Assembly: GCA_046329775.1 (NCBI GenBank)
Contig: JAXLTX010000004.1
Span: forward strand, 152,968 to 216,967
Length of the DNA: 64,000 nucleotides
Direction of reading: 5' to 3'
From: Chitinophagales bacterium
Lineage (GTDB): Bacteria; Bacteroidota; Bacteroidia; Chitinophagales; JADIYW01
Positions 55,960-64,000 of the stretch are shown here, piece by piece (within the stretch, counting starts at the first letter, position 1; every line of letters begins with the position of its first letter). Below the pieces are notes generated by a model. It saw only the letters and a list, made by a program, of their open reading frames with translations, did not search any database and had not been told where the DNA came from. A program made the position numbers and the translations under genes.

Positions 55960-56718
55960 ATGAAAAAGAATACTCAATATATATTAATTGTTAGTCTTAT
56001 ACTTTTCTCGCATACTGCTATTGCACAAAACAGCAAGATGCGAAATCTTTCTGAACTCATCAACAAAAATGAATCGGCATGGTCATATATCAAACCATGG
56101 ATTGATACTGCAAGAAATAATGTGGAAGTTTTACCAAAAGATATTTTAAGAGCAGATAGTGGTTTATTTCAAGTTCAAGTAACAACTAAATCAACAATGG
56201 GTTCTGTTATTTATGAAACTGGTGGAATTTTAATTGATAATGGTTGGATACGAATTTTAGGTTCTGGTTCAAAAAAATTAGATAGAAGTTTAATGGATTG
56301 GAATAAAGGAAAATCTTATTCAATATTGGGAAGTTCGCTTTCTTATTTATTAGTTGCTGATGATGTCTTAGGTGGTTTCTTTGCAATTAATAATGGTGAA
56401 TTTGGAAAGGAAAACACTGGTAAGATATTTTATTTTGCTCCTGATAATTTACAATGGCAATCACTAGGATTGACTTATTCAGAATTTATTCAATTCTGTT
56501 TTTGTGGTGATTTAAATAAATTTTATGAAGGATATAAATGGAAGAATTGGGAAAAAGAAATAATGAATGTTAGCGGAAATTCTGCCTTTACATTTTATCC
56601 GTATTTATGTACAAAAGAGGGTAGTGATATAAATAAAGTAAGTAAAAAGATTGTACCTATAAATGAAGTTTGGAATTCAGAAATGGATTTACAAAAAATG
56701 TTTCTTGGAAAGCAATAA
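55960..56718 (+). CDS. DUF2625-like protein with signal peptide
   Basis: 252 aa with LSELINKNESAWSYIKPWI, VEVLP, VIYETGGILIDNGWIRILGSG, LLVADDVLGGFFAINNGEFG and FYFAPDNLQWQSLGLTYSEFI. Family assignment is from memory. The gene is visibly AT-rich. Confidence 0.6.
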   Translation: MKKNTQYILIVSLILFSHTAIAQNSKMRNLSELINKNESAWSYIKPWIDTARNNVEVLPKDILRADSGLFQVQVTTKSTMGSVIYETGGILIDNGWIRILGSGSKKLDRSLMDWNKGKSYSILGSSLSYLLVADDVLGGFFAINNGEFGKENTGKIFYFAPDNLQWQSLGLTYSEFIQFCFCGDLNKFYEGYKWKNWEKEIMNVSGNSAFTFYPYLCTKEGSDINKVSKKIVPINEVWNSEMDLQKMFLGKQ

Positions 56719-56720
56719 AA

Positions 56721-57632
56721 TCACACCTTAAACACCCCTCCTTCAATCGCCAGTTCCACATTCTCAAAAACGGTTTTCGCTTCGTTTTCTAAAACGGAAA
56801 GATCGATATAGCGGGAAGAGAAATGGCCCAGCAATAATCTCTTGGCATTGGCTTTTTTCGCAATTTGTGCCGCTTGTAATGCGGTGGAATGTGTTGTTTC
56901 TTTGGCGCGTTGTGAATCCTCATGCAAAAACGTAGCTTCATGATAAAGCAAATCAACATTCTTTATAGCTTTCACCAACGGTAAATGATGCATCGTATCG
57001 GAACAGAATGCGTACGAACGCGGCGTTTTTCCTTTGGTGGTAACGGCGCTGTTCTTTACCTTCCTGCCATTCTTATCCAGCACATCCAAGCCTTGTTTCA
57101 ATAATTTGAAATCCGTTTTGGCAATGGAATATTTTTTCAGTTTTTCCAGATCCAGCAGGCGCGGTTCTGTTTTCTCAACAAATAGAAATCCGGTCGTAGG
57201 CAACTTATGTTTTAGTGGCAGGGAATATACGGTACAGTGCGGCAAGTCCAGCAGCACTCTTTTTTCATCATCTTTCGTTGCCACAAATTTCAATTCGTAA
57301 TTCAGGATTGAATTGCTTGCCTTCAACTGGATGTCTATTATTTTCTTCAATGCTTTTGGGCCGAACACCGTCAACTTAGCCGTGCGTTTCAGCAGATTAA
57401 ATGTAGTAAGCAAGCCTATCAGCCCATAATAATGATCGCCGTGCAAATGGGAAATGAAAACATGGTCAATCTTAAACCACTTGATTTTGTTTTCGTGTAG
57501 CCGTTCCTGCGTGCCCTCGCCGCAGTCCACCAGAAAACAGGCATTGCTAACATTTACAACCTGTGCAGTAGGATGTCGTCCGTGGTTGAAAATGGCAGAA
57601 TTGCTGCCTAATATGGTGATGTTGAAACTCAA
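56721..57632 (-). CDS. rnz: ribonuclease Z (MBL fold)
   Basis: 303 aa with ITILGSNSA, FLVDCGEGTQ and HVFISHLHGDHYYGL. TTG start. Confidence 0.9.
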   Translation of the reverse strand: MSFNITILGSNSAIFNHGRHPTAQVVNVSNACFLVDCGEGTQERLHENKIKWFKIDHVFISHLHGDHYYGLIGLLTTFNLLKRTAKLTVFGPKALKKIIDIQLKASNSILNYELKFVATKDDEKRVLLDLPHCTVYSLPLKHKLPTTGFLFVEKTEPRLLDLEKLKKYSIAKTDFKLLKQGLDVLDKNGRKVKNSAVTTKGKTPRSYAFCSDTMHHLPLVKAIKNVDLLYHEATFLHEDSQRAKETTHSTALQAAQIAKKANAKRLLLGHFSSRYIDLSVLENEAKTVFENVELAIEGGVFKV

Positions 57633-57640
57633 GAATATTA

Positions 57641-57661
57641 GTTATTGGTTATTAGTTATAA
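57641..57661. repeat. heptamer array GTTATTG GTTATTA GTTATAA upstream of rnz
   Basis: Read directly. Confidence 0.8.
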
Positions 57662-57710
57662 GGTCGAATTTTCAATCGTATTACTTGTAACAAATATCTT
57701 ATAACTTTTA

Positions 57711-58064
57711 TTACTTCTTCTTCTTTTTATCAATCGCACCTGTTGCATCATGCTGTGTAGAGTATACATGCAAAACATCTTCCAGTTGCGAAATTTTTAT
57801 TAATCCTTTTACAGAATCATTCAAACCACACAATGCAAAAATTCCTTTCTCATCTTTACATAAACGGTGTCCGATCAACAGGGCACTCAAGCCGGAGGAA
57901 TCCACAAATTTCACCTTGTCAAGATCCACGACCATGTTTTTGAATCCTTCTGCATTGGCCAGTACTAATTCAGATTTTAAAATCGGTGCATTTAAAGAAG
58001 TTAATTTCTCTTCCAATAATTCATAAACCACCACACCATCTTGTTTGTCAACGCTGAATTTCAT
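57711..58064 (-). CDS. STAS domain protein (anti-sigma factor antagonist-like)
   Basis: 117 aa from ATG 58064 with VVDLDKVKFVDSSGLSALL. The track ORF extends to 58172, probably spuriously. Confidence 0.8.
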   Translation of the reverse strand: MKFSVDKQDGVVVYELLEEKLTSLNAPILKSELVLANAEGFKNMVVDLDKVKFVDSSGLSALLIGHRLCKDEKGIFALCGLNDSVKGLIKISQLEDVLHVYSTQHDATGAIDKKKKK

Positions 58065-58394
58065 GTTTCTTGTTTTAATTTTATAAATTGCCTGAACTAA
58101 AAATATTTTACCAAAAATAGAACTAATTGTGTAAAAATTGCATTTAATAGGCAATGAAATAGCGATGGCCAAACTTTTATTTCATTTTTTGGGGAGAAGA
58201 CACAAACAATCTCTGTTGTTTTAAATCAAAAAACGCCGCAATACGGCATTTCGCTTTAGTATTTATTCCTGTTTTAACGGATATTTTAACCATTGTGCAA
58301 AAAAAAAATAAAAAAGTAAAAAAACCATTCTATTTTTAATCAGGTAACAATGTCAGGTTTTACAATTTGGCAGCTAATTTGAGAATCACAAGAT

Positions 58395-60972
58395 ATGGAA
58401 GCAAAATTTTCACCAAAAGTAAAAGAAGTCATCTCGTTTAGTCGCGAGGAAGCGCTTCGTTTAAAGCACGACCAGATTGGCATCGAGCACTTATTATTAG
58501 GCCTGATTCGTGAAGGAGACGGCATGGCCATTAAAGTGCTGCGCTCCTTAGATATAGACATTGCCTTATTACGCAAAAAGATAGAGGATGCTGTAAAAGA
58601 CAGAGTAACGACCCTACCCGGCAATGTGAACAGCTTGCCATTAACCAAACAGGCGGAAAAGGTATTGAAGATTACCCTATTGGAGGCAAAATCCATGAAA
58701 CAGGAAACGGTTGGCACCGAGCATTTGCTGCTGTCTATCCTGAAAAACAAGGAAAATATCGTCACACAACTCTTAAGCAAATGGGATGTGACTTATGAAG
58801 TTTTTAAAGCTGAATTGGATTTTATGCAAAACGACAATAAAGAACTAACCGATTTCTCGGCAGAACTGCCGAATGAGCCTTTTGATGAAGGCGATGAAGA
58901 TGAACGTCGCAGCTTCGGCAATCAGGGCGGCGGCGGACAGCAGACTGCCAAAAAGTCGGCTTCCAAATCCAATACACCCGTATTGGACAATTTCGGAAGA
59001 GACATCACCCGACTGGCTGAAGAAGGCCGACTGGACCCTATTGTTGGCCGTGAAACGGAAATCGAGCGAGTTTCTCAGATTCTGTCCCGCAGAAAGAAAA
59101 ACAACCCGATTCTGATTGGCGAACCCGGCGTTGGTAAAACCGCCATTGTGGAAGGTTTGGCGCTGAGAATCATTCAAAGAAAAGTTTCGCGTGTGTTATT
59201 TGGCAAACGTGTGGTTTCTCTTGACCTGGCAGCATTGGTTGCGGGTACCAAATACCGTGGTCAGTTCGAAGAACGCATGAAAGCTATTATGACAGAGCTG
59301 GAAAAAAACCGCGACGTCATCTTATTCATCGACGAAATCCATACGATTGTAGGGGCTGGTGGAGCAACAGGCTCTCTGGATGCCTCCAATATCTTCAAAC
59401 CTGCATTAGCACGTGGCGAATTACAATGTATCGGTGCTTCCACTTTAGACGAATATCGTCAGTACATAGAAAAAGACGGTGCCTTAGACAGACGTTTCCA
59501 GAAAGTAATCGTAGATCCTCCGACTCCGGAAGAAACGCTGATCATCTTGAGCAACCTGAAAAACAAATACGAAGACTACCACAGTGTAAGCTACAGTGAA
59601 GAAGCGATAAAAGCGTGTGTTCAACTAAGTACACGTTACATCACCGACAGATTTTTGCCGGATAAAGCCATTGATGTGCTGGACGAAGTGGGCGCACGTG
59701 TACATTTGAAAAACATTCATGTTCCTGAAAACATCACACAGCTGGAGCAGGAGATTGAAAATGTAAAAGAAGAGAAAAATCAGGTAGTGAAAAATCAGCG
59801 GTATGAAGAAGCCGCCCGCCTGAGAGACTCTGAAAAGAAATTGCAGGAACAACTGGAACAGGCGAAGAAAGACTGGGAAGAGGATGCCAAGACAAAACGC
59901 TTTCCGGTAACGGATGAGGATATTGCTGAGGTAGTGGCCATGATGACGGGGATTCCTGTGAAACGGGTGGCGCAAAGCGAAAGCAAGAAACTGGTGCAGA
60001 TGGCAGACGACCTGAAAAAACAAGTGGTAGGACAGGATGAAGCCGTTTCTAAAATCACCAAAGCGATACAACGAAACAGAGTAGGCTTGAAAGACCCGAA
60101 AAAACCGATTCGGTACTTTTATTTTCTTAGGACCAACGGGTGTAGGTAAAACAGAATTGGCGAGAGCATTGGCAAGATACATGTTCGACACAGAAGATGC
60201 TTTGATCAGAATTGACATGAGTGAATACATGGAAAAATTCTCCATCTCCCGCCTAATCGGTGCACCTCCGGGATATGTGGGTTATGAAGAAGGTGGACAA
60301 CTGACAGAAAAAGTCAGAAGAAAACCATACTCTGTTATCCTCTTGGATGAAATCGAAAAAGCACATCCGGATGTTTACAATGTTTTATTACAGGTATTGG
60401 ATGACGGCATCCTGACGGATGGCTTGGGCAGAAAAGTGGATTTCAAGAACTCGATCATCATCATGACCTCCAACATTGGTGTGCGTCAGTTGAAAGATTT
60501 CGGAACAGGTGTAGGCTTTGCGACCTCTGCCATTAAAGAAAATACCGACAACCTGACAAAAGGTGTGATTCAGAAAGCGTTGCAGAAAACATTCTCTCCG
60601 GAGTTCTTAAACCGTATTGACGATGTGATCGTATTCAACAGTTTAGGCAAAGAAGAAATTCATAAGATTATTGATATCGTATTACAAGGTGTTTATTCAC
60701 GTTTAGAAAAACTGGGATATGGCATTGAGTTAACGGTAGCGGCAAAAGATTTCTTATCAGAAAAAGGATACGACCCGCAATTTGGTGCAAGACCCTTACA
60801 CAGAGCAATTCAGAAATATGTGGAAGATCCTTTGGCGGAAGAAATCCTGAACACCAATATCAATGAAGGCGATACCATTGTAGCTGATTTGGACGAAGAA
60901 AATAAAGATAAGCTGAAATTCGAAATCCGTAAAAAGCCTAAAGCGAAAAAAGCGAAAGAAGAACAGAATTAA
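58395..60972 (+). pseudogene. clpC: ATP-dependent Clp protease ATP-binding subunit ClpC, interrupted by a 1-nt insertion near 60111
   Basis: Track ORFs 58395..60149 and 60157..60972 are two frames of one ClpC: Clp_N repeats, D1 [15 protein letters not shown], a UVR-like motif, D2. Frame 1 reads ...GLKDPKKPI then nonsense ([12 protein letters not shown]). Dropping the c at 60111 gives [30 protein letters not shown], the D2 Walker A. Confidence 0.85.
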
Positions 60973-61005
60973 TAGACGATTGACATTTCACACAAATGAT
61001 ACAAA

Positions 61006-61033
61006 ACAGCCGCACATATGTGCGGCTGTTTTA
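61006..61033. terminator. bidirectional intrinsic terminator between clpC and the convergent lipoprotein gene
   Basis: Perfect 24-nt palindrome ACAGCCGCACAT/ATGTGCGGCTGT (61006-61029), flanked by A4 and T4. Confidence 0.75.
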
Positions 61034-61600
61034 CTTTTCTAATTCATTTACTTTTAATGAAATGTATTGAGCATATGCTGAAACTTCTTCAGGAATGCTG
61101 TCTTTATCTTGCGGATATAAATCCAATGCAAATCTCTTTCTTATATTATTCTCGCTAAAACTTCTTATTTCCAGATAAATACCGCAACCATCCGTACAAT
61201 CGGGACAGCCGAATCTTTTAAAATCAGTCTTCATTTCTCTCAAGACTCTTGGCAATTTCCACATCACATCATATGCAATATTTAATTTTTCACTCTTGTT
61301 TAAATCCGTTTCAAATTTCAGGCTATCCGTTCCTTTAAAATAGTTATTATCATAATCTGCCCATAAGGTATTCGCATTCCCTTCTGTATTCAATCTGAAC
61401 ATTGGGGCACAATTGCCACCGCATTCACCACAAAACCTTCCGAAAATAATTTCATCTATTTTAATTGAATCTTGAGTTACCAAATCTGTTAATAGGTTAA
61501 TCGAGTCTTCACCATTTATCCGCCCCTCTGGTTCACTTTTGTTAGAATATTTCCCAACACAACTCACCAATAGAAATACTATTATGATGAAATATTTCAT
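61031..61600 (-). CDS. hypothetical Cys-rich lipoprotein
   Basis: 189 aa with the lipobox LVSCV and two Cys clusters, FCGECGGNCAP and GCPDCTDGCG. AT-rich. Lies 16 nt downstream of the hydroxylase gene. Confidence 0.5.
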   Translation of the reverse strand: MKYFIIIVFLLVSCVGKYSNKSEPEGRINGEDSINLLTDLVTQDSIKIDEIIFGRFCGECGGNCAPMFRLNTEGNANTLWADYDNNYFKGTDSLKFETDLNKSEKLNIAYDVMWKLPRVLREMKTDFKRFGCPDCTDGCGIYLEIRSFSENNIRKRFALDLYPQDKDSIPEEVSAYAQYISLKVNELEK

Positions 61601-61616
61601 TAAACTTAAACGTGTT

Positions 61617-62561
61617 TTACTTCAGATTTTTCTGCAAAGTCTTAGCGCGTTGATCTTCACCATCGTGGCTCCAGCCGGGCGACTGAAAAATATAATTCAA
61701 TTTGGATTTCAAGTCCGGGGCACGCTTCACATCCTCCCAGATAGCCGCTACTTCATGGAATGTAATCTTTAAAAGATTATTGGTGTGAATGTTTTTTGTG
61801 ATGCCATACACCGGAAACGCCTTCTCATCTTCATCTATAAACGTTCCGAAAATTCTGTCCCAAAGAATTAAGATACCGGCATAGTTTTTATCCAGGTATC
61901 TCACTTCGCTGGAATGATGCACGCGGTGATGTGCAGGTGAGTTGAAGATAAATTCGTACCAGCGTGGCATTCTTTTAATCGTTTCGGTATGCGGTAAAAA
62001 CTGATAGATGAGATTCAGCTGATGCATGGTCAGTATCATGATCGGATGAAAGCCGATCAATGCCAGCGGAATATAGAAGGCATCTTTGAACAACAATTCC
62101 AGCCAACTCTGACGCAATGCCGTGGAATAATGCATATACTCCGAAGAGTGATGGTTGACATGCGCCGCCCAAAGAAGCCTTATTTCATGGGCAAAGCGAT
62201 GGTACCAGTAAAAGATAAAATCCTGCGCAAAAAACAAGAGCACCCAAACATACCAATGCGCCTTATGCCATTGCCAGTTCCCTAATTCCTGGATGGAGGC
62301 TGGACCTAAAGTATCCGTTACACGAAACTGATAGAACCACAGCAGATATCCGACGGCTATGGCTTTAATGCCCAAATCCAAGATGGTGGAACCGATGCCT
62401 AATTCCAGGCTGGCAGCCGCATCTTTATAAAATTCTTTCGTGATGGTATGATGCTTGCGGTAATACAGAAAAAACTCTGCAACAATCAACAAGATGAAAC
62501 CCGGTACCGCATAAGCAACCGGATCATTAAAATCAAAGGGGTTATAAAAATGGAAAGCCAT
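61617..62561 (-). CDS. fatty acid hydroxylase / sterol desaturase family membrane protein
   Basis: 314 aa with the histidine boxes HRFAHE, HVNHHSSE and HHRVHH. Confidence 0.85.
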   Translation of the reverse strand: MAFHFYNPFDFNDPVAYAVPGFILLIVAEFFLYYRKHHTITKEFYKDAAASLELGIGSTILDLGIKAIAVGYLLWFYQFRVTDTLGPASIQELGNWQWHKAHWYVWVLLFFAQDFIFYWYHRFAHEIRLLWAAHVNHHSSEYMHYSTALRQSWLELLFKDAFYIPLALIGFHPIMILTMHQLNLIYQFLPHTETIKRMPRWYEFIFNSPAHHRVHHSSEVRYLDKNYAGILILWDRIFGTFIDEDEKAFPVYGITKNIHTNNLLKITFHEVAAIWEDVKRAPDLKSKLNYIFQSPGWSHDGEDQRAKTLQKNLK

Positions 62562-62625
62562 CTGTCATATTTTGTACGAATATAGTACTATCAGGCTATT
62601 CGGACGTATACTTAGGATAAAATCC

Positions 62626-63036
62626 TCAATTATCCGAACGATCCATCGCATTATCCGAGCGTCTTTCTATATTGTTGTATCCGCCTTTGTCCTGTATTAC
62701 AGGTTTTCCTCCTGCATTATCCGATTTTTCCCAGCTTACAAAATTGCCGCTGCCCGGTACTATAATCTGTTTTACAGATACGATGGTGATATCATTATTT
62801 TTTCCGGTAATCACGATTTTGCCGATGCTGCCTTTGAATGTAATCTTATTATCATTGCCGGAAATCAACACATCTTTTCCATCAAGGGTAATTTCTTCTT
62901 CTTTGCCGTTATCGGTATATTTCAATGCATCGGCTGCCACATCCTGGGCAATAGTTTGTTTAGATGTTACTTTCGCACCCTGACTGAAAGCCAGGAAAGA
63001 CGAGAACATTATTATTAAGAAAAACTGATTCTTCAT
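62626..63036 (-). CDS. secreted repeat protein, DUF3060-like
   Basis: 136 aa with a signal peptide and repeated ISGNDNKITF / ITGKNNDITIV / VPGSGNFVSW strands. Family assignment is tentative. Confidence 0.5.
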   Translation of the reverse strand: MKNQFFLIIMFSSFLAFSQGAKVTSKQTIAQDVAADALKYTDNGKEEEITLDGKDVLISGNDNKITFKGSIGKIVITGKNNDITIVSVKQIIVPGSGNFVSWEKSDNAGGKPVIQDKGGYNNIERRSDNAMDRSDN

Positions 63037-63086
63037 TTTTTACTTTACTTTTTATACACAAATCATATACCCAAACAGGTAATAGA

Positions 63087-64000
63087 TTAAAGTTGTTTCA
63101 ACACCAAACTGTGCTTTTTATGCTGCTCCACTTTTTCTCTCGTCCAACACATCGGATAGCTCTTGCCTTCAAACCAGTCGCGCAACTGATTTTTGTAATA
63201 CGGACTGGCCAGATTCGCCGAATTTCCTAAAGGCATCACCACCGTAGACTGATCAAAATCGGAGAAGTCTACAATTTGACGATAGGATGGTGCGGAAAGT
63301 TCCCCGCCGTACCCTTCTGCAGCCATAATGAATGTCTGGAACGGCGTATCCGTATCTCCGCCTATCGGGAAAGGTCCGATATCAAATACCTTGTCCAGTG
63401 GCGGCTGTGCACTCAGGGCATGTGGAAATACAATCGCATGTAGATCGCCCCATTTCCATTTATGGGTTTTGGTGCCATAATTTAGTTTTAGCCAGTCAAT
63501 GGCATTCTTAAAACCATCCTTTAATAATTTTTCTTTTCCCCCGGCAGCCTGTAGCCAAACAGAATCAGGATTGTCCAGTATTCTCAGCAATATCGGGGTG
63601 TTGTGACCCATATAAGAATTTACAGGTCCGAAAATGGAATGAAATCCTCTACCCAATAATTCATCGATCAATTTCTTGTCATTGATGGACGCTTCAAATA
63701 GTTTTCTTACCACCATCAACTTACCCACCTTATACAAACTGCCTTCAATTCTTTCCGGATCCAAGACCCCATCCCATGCCAGCAACATATCTACATAACG
63801 CTGCTGTTCCGCGTTGTCCATATGGATGTCTTTGTAATGAGCCACAAATAATTTGCCCGGAATACAATGAAAATCCATTTGCATTTGCGTGAAATCCTTG
63901 GGTTCCAGTTTATCCTTGCGCTGCAGCATCTTTTCCAATCTGTTTGCTCGATATCCATTCATATAAATATCTCCCAGAAAATAAGGAAAATCATCCGGCT
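63087..64000 (-). CDS. penicillin acylase family protein (peptidase S45), C-terminal part; gene continues past the window end
   Basis: The reading frame stays open upstream of the listed Met (..PDDFPYFLGDIYMNGYRANRL..). C-terminal S45-like blocks are GPFPIGGDTDTP, PSYRQIVDF and MPLGNSANLASPYYKNQ. Confidence 0.8.
   Translation of the reverse strand, partial: PDDFPYFLGDIYMNGYRANRLEKMLQRKDKLEPKDFTQMQMDFHCIPGKLFVAHYKDIHMDNAEQQRYVDMLLAWDGVLDPERIEGSLYKVGKLMVVRKLFEASINDKKLIDELLGRGFHSIFGPVNSYMGHNTPILLRILDNPDSVWLQAAGGKEKLLKDGFKNAIDWLKLNYGTKTHKWKWGDLHAIVFPHALSAQPPLDKVFDIGPFPIGGDTDTPFQTFIMAAEGYGGELSAPSYRQIVDFSDFDQSTVVMPLGNSANLASPYYKNQLRDWFEGKSYPMCWTREKVEQHKKHSLVLKQL

Noticed and set aside
58712-58728. 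Sigma-54-like TGGCAC...TTGC inside clpC, considered because an NtrC-family activator is encoded nearby
   Set aside because: The GG-to-GC spacing is 14 nt instead of 12, and the site is intragenic about 320 nt into clpC.
62572-63018. 148-aa + strand ORF opposite the DUF3060-like gene
   Set aside because: It is a low-complexity Ile/Phe/Arg-rich translation. The minus-strand product has a signal peptide and a regular repeat structure.

Overview
This 64 kb window is a gene-dense chromosomal segment with the hallmarks of a Bacteroidota genome. Those hallmarks are TAnnTTTG-type -7 promoter boxes, no Shine-Dalgarno signals, two proteins with T9SS C-terminal sorting domains, and bamD-rpoZ-coaBC-DUF4835-recN synteny. 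All family names come from motif recognition by eye; no searches were run.

Most of the window is core housekeeping: metG, greA, rsmA, pepA, pdxA, feoAB, msrA, tgt, lptF/G, atpDC, smpB, recN, coaBC, rpoZ, bamD, thyA, folA, rnz, clpC, tRNA-Arg(CCT) and RNase P RNA. Envelope genes are interspersed: three GT-C-like polytopic proteins, two GT2 enzymes, a TonB-dependent receptor and secreted peptidases. I saw no rRNA, CRISPR array, transposase, integrase or phage genes.

Points worth a second look:
- A six-gene, fully overlapping operon (39312-42085, minus strand) encodes small anchored periplasmic proteins that share an FAD-[IM]-[PA] signal-peptide end. It also contains an ORF-track-missed 48-aa peptide, a 104-aa membrane protein and a mini-MFS. 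I recognise no characterised family for the five small proteins.
- At least 12 genes have a -7 box only 4-7 nt from the start codon, which implies leaderless mRNAs. Two of them (smpB, recN) have GTG starts.
- Heptamer-phased degenerate tandem arrays run into these promoters. The same GATTTGA array also occurs in frame inside metG, and a similar array sits in the coaBC linker.
- Two genes are disrupted: an in-frame TAG in a 488-codon secreted-protein gene, and a 1-nt insertion in the clpC D2 Walker A region.
- Other features are an 84-nt nested palindrome, a candidate Fur-type operator on the feoAB promoter, and a near-identical core promoter shared by a GT-C gene and a GT2 gene 10 kb apart.
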